This document shows, piece after piece, positions 56,548 to 64,000 of a stretch of 64,000 nt of DNA. A model generated the notes under the pieces. The model searched no databases and had not been told where the DNA came from. It was given only the letters and a program-made list of their open reading frames with translations. Origin of the DNA: Eubacteriales bacterium (GTDB lineage Bacteria > Bacillota > Clostridia > Oscillospirales > CAG-272); NCBI GenBank assembly GCA_045531965.1, contig JAZSFA010000071.1, positions 2,315 through 66,314 on the forward strand, given 5' to 3'. Position numbers and translations under genes: made by a program. Every line of letters begins with the position of its first letter. The first letter of the stretch is position 1.

Positions 56548-58242
56548 TTATCTTACAATCTCAATGCCTTGAGGTGCTTCGATATTCACTACGGTCTTGC
56601 CCTCGGTATCCTTGAATGCCCAAACCTTGATTTCACCCTTGGGGGTGGGATAGGTGCCCTTGGCCCAATCCAGCCAAGCCAGGTCGGGCTTGACCTCGTA
56701 CTTACCGGGAGCCAAATTCTTCACGCCCAGTACGTAATTGGACAGGTAAGGACAGGGACCGGATGCCCAACCATGGCAGAGGGAGTGACGGAACTTGATA
56801 TAGCAGTAGTTGCCGTAGTCGCCATGGATGTCCACCTTACCCTCGGGAACCACCTCGTCGATGCGACCGGCGTTCTCCAGCCAGTTGAGGTCAAAGTCCT
56901 CCCAGAAGGTGGTCGCACCCATATCCAGCATACCGCCCCAGTATTCCTTCATATCGCGGAGTGCTCCGGCATGATCGCCTGCCATGGCTTTGGCGGCGAG
57001 GATATAGTAGCCCATGAAGGTGGAGTAGCCGTGGCCGCCGCCGGGAACCAGGATCTTTTCATTGACCTCCTTGGGGTCGGCAAGACCTGCCAGTACCATG
57101 AAGGCGTTGGCCTGCTTGGCGGTCGTGGATTCGGGCTTGTGCGCCTTCATACGCTCGGCAGATGCCTCGCAGAGGGCAGCGGTCTCATTCTCTCCCAACT
57201 CGCGGAGCAGGTAAGCGCCGTTGTCCAGCGCCAGCTTCAGCAGACCCTGGAAGCCCACGTGCTTGGCCACGGGATCGTCGTTGGTGGGCCAGTCCAGGAG
57301 TCGGCCCTCGGGCAGGGTCTCGCCGCCGTCCTCGTCCACGAAGGAGGCAAGGAGGGTCAGAAGACCGCGGAGGTAATCTCTCTGCTCCTCAAGGTATGCC
57401 TTGTTGCCGAAAGCACGGTACCAGTCGCAGTGGATGAGTAGCCACCAGATGGAGTAGGCAGAGATGCCGTTCATCCACGCGCCCACAGGAGTCTCGTCGC
57501 GGACTACGTCCAAGGAACGCGGCACGATATCATTGTAGCCGAAGGTGGCTAAAATGGTGTTGACCTCGGTGTGCATATCGCCGATCCAAATCAGGCGGTC
57601 GCGCTTGATGCCGTCCCACAGGTACTCCTGCATATTGACATGGGCGGTGTAGGCAGCGGTGTTCCAGATGCGGGTCAGCTTCTCGTCGGAGCACTCGAAG
57701 GAGCCCTTATAGTCCAGATCCAAATAGTGGAACACGCCTTGGATCGCTTTGAACGACACTACCGCATCGTCATCGATCAGCTCGACACAAACGAAGCGTT
57801 GACCCGACTCGTTGGTCTCGTTGGCAGAATAAAAGCCCACGTTCATGACGCGATCACGGATGGCATGGTCATTGGTGGTGTTCTTGACCTTGATGGGGGT
57901 CAGCGCCTCCATGACCGACTCACCGGTACGGACGATGATGTTGCAGCGGGCATCGTCGCCGCAACCTTTGGAACCTGCGCTCCAAATCATGAGGCGGATA
58001 GAGCCGGGGAACTCACAGCCGTAGTCCAGTACCAACTTGGCTTTGGGCTCGCCGGGCTTGTTGATAAGGGTGCAACATTCACCCACTCCCAGCGTGATCT
58101 GGTTGCTTCTCTCTTGCAGGAGGGACTCGGGATTGTTCACGTTGCCCTCGGTGTAGATCACCCGTTTGGGCGCGAGGTAGCGGCGGGTTCGGGGGTCGGT
58201 AATGTTGCCGTTCAAGGCTTGAAATTTCTCATTTACTTTCAT
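56548..58242 (-). CDS. Alpha-L-rhamnosidase (GH78), short form
   Basis: WDGIKRDRLIWIGD, GATTFWE, SLCHGWA. Confidence 0.9.
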   Translation of the reverse strand: MKVNEKFQALNGNITDPRTRRYLAPKRVIYTEGNVNNPESLLQERSNQITLGVGECCTLINKPGEPKAKLVLDYGCEFPGSIRLMIWSAGSKGCGDDARCNIIVRTGESVMEALTPIKVKNTTNDHAIRDRVMNVGFYSANETNESGQRFVCVELIDDDAVVSFKAIQGVFHYLDLDYKGSFECSDEKLTRIWNTAAYTAHVNMQEYLWDGIKRDRLIWIGDMHTEVNTILATFGYNDIVPRSLDVVRDETPVGAWMNGISAYSIWWLLIHCDWYRAFGNKAYLEEQRDYLRGLLTLLASFVDEDGGETLPEGRLLDWPTNDDPVAKHVGFQGLLKLALDNGAYLLRELGENETAALCEASAERMKAHKPESTTAKQANAFMVLAGLADPKEVNEKILVPGGGHGYSTFMGYYILAAKAMAGDHAGALRDMKEYWGGMLDMGATTFWEDFDLNWLENAGRIDEVVPEGKVDIHGDYGNYCYIKFRHSLCHGWASGPCPYLSNYVLGVKNLAPGKYEVKPDLAWLDWAKGTYPTPKGEIKVWAFKDTEGKTVVNIEAPQGIEIVR

Positions 58243-58325
58243 GATGGGGTCTCCTGTTTTATTGTTTTTGGATTATAAAATAACTAACTCGGGGGGTGCG
58301 TGCGATGGGAATCGTAACTATGGAT

Positions 58326-58478
58326 AATATACCATATTTTGCTTCTGCTGTCAATATATTTGTTTAATTTTAATATAAAAGAAGTCCTGTAGCCGGGACA
58401 ACAAAAAATGAAAAGATATTAAATTGCATCGCTTGACGCGCGCCTGCGGTTGACAAATCAAGCTTTTTGTGTTATCCT
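58326..58478. promoter_or_regulatory. Divergent sigma-A promoters
   Basis: Minus TTGACA-17-TATATT (58326-58354); plus TTGACA-17-TATCCT (58450-58478). Confidence 0.7.
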
Positions 58479-58513
58479 ATAGATATCAAGCAACAGACGG
58501 AGGTTAAAAGAGA

Positions 58514-59506
58514 ATGAAGCTTTTCAAAAAGGTTTTAAAGAAAGTTGCGCTGATTTTAGCGATCGTATTGGCCGTGTTGATTGTCCTCGTGCTTCTGATC
58601 AAAGCGGGAGAAAGGATTGTTTACAGCGGTTTTTACAGTAGAGCTGAAAAGGAGTTTACCATTCCCGGACTCAATGATAACTGCGTACCCCAAGGTTTTG
58701 ATTATATCGCCGAGAAGGAAGTGTTCCTGATGTGCGGTTATATGTCGGATGATACAGCCTCCCGTGTCTATGTCATTGACAAAGATGGTAAGGCAACCTA
58801 TACTTTGATGAAGGAAGCCGACGGTTCCGACCACACGGGTCATACCGGCGGTGTGTCCCACTTTGACAAATTCCTGTACGTTACGGATAGCGATGGACTG
58901 AACGTGTATGACCTGGAAGATCTTCTCTCGGGCAAGGACGAGCTTGTTGAGATCGGCACGGTTCCCACCTTCCTGGATCCTGCATGGTGCTATATCCATG
59001 AGGAGTATTTGCTTTGTGGATCTTTCTATGAGCCTGGCAGTAGCTATGATACTCCCAAGGATCAGCATTACAAGACCCCCGCAGGGGATCAAAACACATC
59101 CCTTGTGACAGTATTCCGTTTGGATGCTACCCAGCCCTTGGGCGTTGATCCCACCCCCGTGGCGGCTATCTCCACACCCGACCGTGTCCAGGGCTTCTGT
59201 GTTACCGATACGGGCGAGGTTGCCTTGTCTACTTCTTGGAGCATCAATTCTTCCATGCTGTATCTCTATGATGCCGAAAAGCTGACCGCTCAGGGAACGC
59301 ATACCGTTAATGGGGTGGAAGTGCCGCTGGTCTATATGGACAGCGCGTCTCTGACCCGCACCGTCAAGGCACCGCCCATGGCAGAGGGTATCCTTTGCAT
59401 CGACGGCCGTCTGCACGTGCTGAATGAGTCTGCTTGCAACAAGTATATCTTTGGTAAGCTGCTCAGCGGTTACGGGCTGTATAGCTATGATCTGAAGGAA
59501 GATTAA
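58514..59506 (+). CDS. Membrane-anchored beta-propeller-like hypothetical protein
   Basis: N-terminal TM; repeated PQG, HTGG, VQG, AEG blade motifs. Confidence 0.7.
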   Translation: MKLFKKVLKKVALILAIVLAVLIVLVLLIKAGERIVYSGFYSRAEKEFTIPGLNDNCVPQGFDYIAEKEVFLMCGYMSDDTASRVYVIDKDGKATYTLMKEADGSDHTGHTGGVSHFDKFLYVTDSDGLNVYDLEDLLSGKDELVEIGTVPTFLDPAWCYIHEEYLLCGSFYEPGSSYDTPKDQHYKTPAGDQNTSLVTVFRLDATQPLGVDPTPVAAISTPDRVQGFCVTDTGEVALSTSWSINSSMLYLYDAEKLTAQGTHTVNGVEVPLVYMDSASLTRTVKAPPMAEGILCIDGRLHVLNESACNKYIFGKLLSGYGLYSYDLKED

Positions 59507-59510
59507 AACA

Positions 59511-59710
59511 CAAGGGGGAACTTTTTGAAAAAAGTTCCCCCTCTTTGACCCCTCTCAAAAACCTTTGAAAATCATTTGCTTTGAGTGGGGAATCATATAT
59601 TTATTTTTTTAGTAAAAACTTTTGAATTTCCGCGCGGGATTTTCCAAAGAAGCCCATATTAAAAATTTTTGAAGGGGTTCGGGGGGACTTTTTATAAAAA
59701 GTCCCCCCGA
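59511..59710. repeat. Inward-facing pair of REP-like repeats (degenerate third copy between them)
   Basis: AGGGGGAACTTTTTGAAAAAAGTTCCCCCT-TTTGACCCCTCTCAAAAAC and TTTTTGAAGGGGTTCGGGGGGACTTTTTATAAAAAGTCCCCCCGA. Confidence 0.85.
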
Positions 59711-59721
59711 AGTTATTCTCC

Positions 59722-60564
59722 TTATTGATATTCAATCACACACCCCTGCCCGTCGGTGGGGGCTTTTTCGTACACGATCTCCCCGATGCTGTCAGCCTTG
59801 ATGTGACCCGAGGCAGGGCTTTTCACGCTATGGATATGTCCCTTGACGGTGGCCTCCACCGAGCTGTTCTCAAAGGAAAGATCACAGCCTTCGGTGGTAC
59901 AATCCACGAGGGTCAGGTTCTTGCAGTAGCAGAGGGGCTGAGTGCCGACGATGTGGCAGTTTACAAGGGTCAGATCTTCGGAATACCAGCCAAGATATTC
60001 ACCCTTGACCGTACTGTTTCTGACGGTCACGCCCTTGCTGTGCCAAAAGGCATCCTTGGTGTCCAGCACCGAGTTTTCTATGGTCACGTTCTCCACGTAC
60101 TGGAAGGAGTATTTCCCTTTCATTTGCAGGTCCTCAATGGTGAGGCCCTTGGTGCCGAAAAAGGCGTACTCCGCAGTCAGTTGGGAGCCAAGAAGGGTGA
60201 TATCGCGGCATAGCCAGCCAAACTCGGCGGAATTGATGTCGCATTCGGTGAGGATCATACGGTCGCACTCGCGGAGTGCCTTGATACCGCCGAGGATGGA
60301 TTTTTCAATGGTCATATCGGAGGTGTACCACAAGGCGGCGCGGCAGGTCTCGGTCATGTCACAGCCCTCCATGCGCCCGCCGATCACGTGCCAAAGGGGA
60401 TAGCGAAGACGGAAATGACAATTTTTGAGGATGTTGTTTTTGCTCTCCTTGAGGGCGGATTCGCCGTCGGCGGGGCCATCGAAGGTGCAGTTTTCTACCA
60501 TGCTGTCCGCGAGCGCGTAAAGGGCGCGCTCCTCGTCCAGGATCAGATCACGAATGGTATCCAT
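59722..60564 (-). CDS. DUF3737 family beta-helix protein
   Basis: ERALY, GESALKES, LRYPLWH, TKDAFW, GEYLGW, QPLCY. Confidence 0.9.
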   Translation of the reverse strand: MDTIRDLILDEERALYALADSMVENCTFDGPADGESALKESKNNILKNCHFRLRYPLWHVIGGRMEGCDMTETCRAALWYTSDMTIEKSILGGIKALRECDRMILTECDINSAEFGWLCRDITLLGSQLTAEYAFFGTKGLTIEDLQMKGKYSFQYVENVTIENSVLDTKDAFWHSKGVTVRNSTVKGEYLGWYSEDLTLVNCHIVGTQPLCYCKNLTLVDCTTEGCDLSFENSSVEATVKGHIHSVKSPASGHIKADSIGEIVYEKAPTDGQGCVIEYQ

Positions 60565-60573
60565 GGAGCCTCC

Positions 60574-61215
60574 TTATGTATTTGCGCCGAAAAAGTGGTT
60601 CTCCGCGGCGGCGCAAAGATAGTGATAAATGGGCAGATGGTATTCCTGCACTCGATAGGTGTCCCCCGCGGGGGCTTTGATCGTCACGTCACAGAGACGT
60701 GACAGCTCGGAGTCCTGCTCCCCGGTCAGAGCCAGAGTGAATAACCCTTTGGCGCGGGCGGTCTTGGCGGCAAGTACCACGTTTTTGGAATTGCCCGAGG
60801 TGGAGAGACATATGAGCAGATCTCCCGTCTTGCCTTGCGCCCATACCAGTTGGGCGTAGACCAATGCGGGGTCTACGTCATTGCAAAAAGCAGATACCAA
60901 GGCGGTCTGTGAAGGGAGAGACAGGGCGGGCAGTCCCCCTTGGAGCTTGTTGGCAAGACGAACCGCGTCGGGATCGTCGGGGTTGGCGACTGCCAGGGCT
61001 TGTCTTTCATCCTCTGTTAGGCGGCGGCGGAACATAAATCCCTTGAGCAGCTCGCCTGTGATATGGTCACAATCAGCGCAGGAACCGCCGTTGCCGCAAA
61101 GAAGCAGACGACCGCCATGCTCATACGTATGGATGATGAGATCCCGCGCGGCCTCAATATCTCTTTGGCAGGCAACAAGCGCAGGGTGATTGTTCAGCAG
61201 AGTGTTAATGGTCAT
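60574..61215 (-). CDS. SIS-domain protein (GmhA/phosphoheptose isomerase-like)
   Basis: CGNGGS.AD.DH, STSGNS.NV, QEYHL. Confidence 0.9.
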   Translation of the reverse strand: MTINTLLNNHPALVACQRDIEAARDLIIHTYEHGGRLLLCGNGGSCADCDHITGELLKGFMFRRRLTEDERQALAVANPDDPDAVRLANKLQGGLPALSLPSQTALVSAFCNDVDPALVYAQLVWAQGKTGDLLICLSTSGNSKNVVLAAKTARAKGLFTLALTGEQDSELSRLCDVTIKAPAGDTYRVQEYHLPIYHYLCAAAENHFFGANT

Positions 61216-61230
61216 GAGTGAGTCCTTTCT

Positions 61231-61821
61231 TTATGATTTGGACATGAGGGAGCGCACGAGAGCTGCTTCCTCAAGGGTCAGAGACATATGGAAGGCGATG
61301 GAGAGGGTTGTGCTTTCCATGTTTTTCAGCACCTTCTGTGCTGTTTTTGAACCGCACTCATCGGTGATGGCGGAGGCTTTGACCCTGAAATGCACCTCGT
61401 AGGAGGTGGCTTCGGCTTGCTGTCCCGCAGGGTGGGAAACAAGCACCAATGCCGACCACGGAATGACGTTGACGTGTACCAAAGTGGAGAAAGCAAACAA
61501 ATTGAGCATGAGATATGTGTCTTCAATGCCGCGTTCCGTGACGGTGGCGGCGGGACGCTTGCCTGCGATCATGGGGAGTAAGATCCACAGCATTCGGATA
61601 CATCCAAAGGCTACCAATGCGGCAACTGCCGAGATGATCAGCTTCATGGCAGCGGACATGGGCTCGCCCGGTGCGGTATCGCTACCACCTACTGTCACGT
61701 CAATCATCCACAGATAAACAGCGGCAATGGCGAGAAAAACGCCGATGATGCCAAATAAGACGACTTTGATCTTGGCTTGAGTCGATGCGCGGGCTTTGAT
61801 AGGGAGAGTTGGGGTAGACAT
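61231..61821 (-). CDS. Hypothetical membrane protein
   Basis: Two TM helices; AAGGAG RBS. Confidence 0.7.
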   Translation of the reverse strand: MSTPTLPIKARASTQAKIKVVLFGIIGVFLAIAAVYLWMIDVTVGGSDTAPGEPMSAAMKLIISAVAALVAFGCIRMLWILLPMIAGKRPAATVTERGIEDTYLMLNLFAFSTLVHVNVIPWSALVLVSHPAGQQAEATSYEVHFRVKASAITDECGSKTAQKVLKNMESTTLSIAFHMSLTLEEAALVRSLMSKS

Positions 61822-61851
61822 AGCGACTCCTTTGTTATGTTTGTTGGAATG

Positions 61852-62024
61852 ATAAATTGTTGTTTACGGGGGTACGGCCAAGGGGAACATTTTGCAAAAA
61901 GTTTCCCCTGTAAACCTTCACAAAGCTCTAAAAAGAATCATTATTTAAAGGTTCTTGGAGGGGGTCTGGGGGGCACTTCTTTCAAGAAGGGCACTCCCAG
62001 GCGTACTCCTAAACAACAATTTAT
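61852..62024. mobile_element. MITE/REPIN-like element: 15-bp perfect terminal inverted repeats around an inverted REP-like pair
   Basis: ATAAATTGTTGTTTA (61852-61866) and TAAACAACAATTTAT (62010-62024); two palindromic repeat copies inside; no ORF. Confidence 0.6.
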
Positions 62025-62052
62025 AGCATTTACATTCTCTCGCCTTCCTATT

Positions 62053-63999
62053 TTATTCGGTCTTCTCCTCCACGTCCATCATACCCAGCTGATCGCCCAG
62101 AATGATCAGCTTGCCGTCATGATCCTTTACATAATAATAGCTCGTGCCGCCGTGGACGTTGGGCTGCTTTTCATTGAGGTACTGATAATGCCGCTCCATA
62201 CCGTCCTCCATGGGCATATACCCCTCGCCCGTGCCCTTGTAGGACACAAGATCATAGATGCGGATATCCTCGTAGGAGGTGACGTAGGTGATGATGCGGA
62301 CAAGACCGATACCGGGGGCGAAATAGTAGTCCTTGTCGGTGTTCTGATAGGTGATGCCGGGAGCTTCGTTCTGGCTGGTACGGGCGCGGATGCGGAGGCA
62401 GTTTTCAAAGGTGCCGAGGGTGGTGGTTACCGTCTCGCCGCTGTATACACGGCCGTAGCCGATAAATTCCTTGCCCTGATCCCAGCGTGCGGGGCGGTGG
62501 AACTGAAACTCCTCGTCTTTGTCTGCATAGTTCAACCATGCGGGATCCCACAAAGCCCCCAAGCCGTTTTGCAGAATGTCATAGATAAAATTGAGAAGGG
62601 TGGCAAAGCAGCCGTTGCGGGTGTTCTTCCACTCAAATTCATAGGTGCGGTCTCCGCTGGAGATCGTGAACTTTTCCCCAACTTGGGTAACGGGACAGTA
62701 GGTCAAGAAATTCCACACGCCTTCCTGTTTCGCGTTGGGATTTGCATCTGTATCACTTTGGAAAATGCGGTTCATGACGTTGCGGGATACCTCTGCCACC
62801 TTCTTCTCCCAAGGAGTTTGTGCCAAGGCCACGGCGCGGTCATGGTAGGCGGACACGTCCAGCGCCACTTGATCGCTATAGTAGTTGTTGCGGGCGTACA
62901 GGAGGTTGTCTCGCCAGGAGTTCTCGTCGAAGGGCGTGCCGATGACATAGTAGCGATAGGAGAGATAGGCCTTGTTGTCCATCGTAGCCGTGACGGTGGT
63001 ACGGAAAGTGTGCTCATATTCCAACTCTTGGGCGGTGTAGCTCCAGAAATTTCCCTCACAGAGGGGGATCCACCCGTGACCGCCGTAGATCTTGTACTCA
63101 CGCAGGGTGATCATTCCGAACACCTCGCCGTCCGGCTCCTTCCATCCGAATGCCACCAGACCGATATTGGGCTTATACCATGCCACGAAGATGGGGGCGG
63201 GGTACCTATCCCGGATGGGATTGTAGGTGTGCATCTCCACACAGCCGTGGAAATCTCCGCAGGCGGTGGACACCGTGACGTCGGTGGACACACAGGTGAG
63301 GGTGATCTTGCCCTCGCTGTCGGCCACGCTGTCACCGACCTTCATGGTCTCGTCCAGAATCAGACCGTCCGCACGGGAGGCGATCCAAAACGCGGAACCT
63401 GCCCACTTAACGTATGACGGAACATCCATGTAGCGCCGATCAAAGCCCGGCTGTTGACTAAAATACAGCTTGTTTCCGCGAATGATCAGCTCCTCAGCGG
63501 TACATTCAAGCAGAAATTTGCTCCTGTCGGACAGCAGCTCCCCCACGCCGTCCATGCCCTCCAAGGTGGACTTGGTGAGTGCGATATACAGGGGATTCTC
63601 CGCACCTGTCTCCAGCGCCAAGGCAAACTCCTTGCGGGCGTTGTCATAATCTTTGGCCTGAAAATAATCGTAGCCCAGCCAGTAGTGATGGTAGGCCACC
63701 TCCCCGGGGATGTCGTACTTCAATAGCTCGGGGATGACGGTGTTGTAAACGTAGTCCACCTTTTCCTTACCCGAGTATTTGTCCTTTCCAAATCCGATGC
63801 ACAGGGCCAGCACCTCTTTGTTGTTGCCCTTGATGGCCGCCTCCTTGAGCTTTGCCCGCATCTCGTCGGTCTTGCCGTCGGAGAGATACCAGTAGCCCAG
63901 CTTGAGCACGTCGGCCATGGCGTAAAATTTCTTTTCGGAGTCGGGGAGACTCTCCACTTGAGACAAAACGTCCTTGTAGTCCTCCTCAAATCCGATCTT
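62053..63999 (-). CDS. Large hypothetical protein with a TPR and two copies of a beta-rich module (5' end beyond the window)
   Basis: Frame stays open to the window edge (KIGFEEDYKDVLSQ...); TPR-like YWLGYDYFQAKDYDNARKEFALAL; duplicated GxF..C...YxPxIGLV module. Confidence 0.75.
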   Translation of the reverse strand, partial: KIGFEEDYKDVLSQVESLPDSEKKFYAMADVLKLGYWYLSDGKTDEMRAKLKEAAIKGNNKEVLALCIGFGKDKYSGKEKVDYVYNTVIPELLKYDIPGEVAYHHYWLGYDYFQAKDYDNARKEFALALETGAENPLYIALTKSTLEGMDGVGELLSDRSKFLLECTAEELIIRGNKLYFSQQPGFDRRYMDVPSYVKWAGSAFWIASRADGLILDETMKVGDSVADSEGKITLTCVSTDVTVSTACGDFHGCVEMHTYNPIRDRYPAPIFVAWYKPNIGLVAFGWKEPDGEVFGMITLREYKIYGGHGWIPLCEGNFWSYTAQELEYEHTFRTTVTATMDNKAYLSYRYYVIGTPFDENSWRDNLLYARNNYYSDQVALDVSAYHDRAVALAQTPWEKKVAEVSRNVMNRIFQSDTDANPNAKQEGVWNFLTYCPVTQVGEKFTISSGDRTYEFEWKNTRNGCFATLLNFIYDILQNGLGALWDPAWLNYADKDEEFQFHRPARWDQGKEFIGYGRVYSGETVTTTLGTFENCLRIRARTSQNEAPGITYQNTDKDYYFAPGIGLVRIITYVTSYEDIRIYDLVSYKGTGEGYMPMEDGMERHYQYLNEKQPNVHGGTSYYYVKDHDGKLIILGDQLGMMDVEEKTE

Positions 64000-64000
64000 G

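Noticed and set aside
9681..62000. CRISPR interpretation of the palindromic repeats
   Set aside because: Copies are dispersed, variable and inverted, not a regular direct array; no cas genes.

Overview
A 64-kb chromosomal segment, most likely from a gut-type Clostridia (Bacillota) bacterium, inferred from gene content, sigma-A promoters and lipoboxes. It is mostly housekeeping genes (rimP partial, gap, ABC-F, rlmN, rsmB, nth, ftsK, moxR/DUF58, lgt, paaK, thiI, apt-like, aspS, tatD) mixed with carbohydrate genes (two GH78, GH4, a pectin-lyase-fold lipoprotein, a GH99-like surface protein, SGNH esterase, two orphan solute-binding lipoproteins). No rRNA, tRNA, CRISPR array, transposase or integrase was seen. 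The most interesting signals are not in the ORF track. (1) A candidate C-terminal Cys sorting system: a secreted protein ending GC-x-S/TM/basic tail, directly followed by an Lgt-family and a CPBP-family gene. (2) An unannotated type I toxin-antitoxin-like locus (28-aa peptide plus convergent sRNA) carried, with a decapitated M48 peptidase, between two inverted copies of a REP-like repeat. (3) About 11 copies of that palindromic repeat family, often as inward-facing pairs. (4) A TGCACAA-N16-TTGTGCA operator-like motif at near-constant distance upstream of four carbon-metabolism promoters. (5) A promoter-driven structured RNA of about 190 nt after gap. All family assignments come from recognising motifs by eye; no database search was run.
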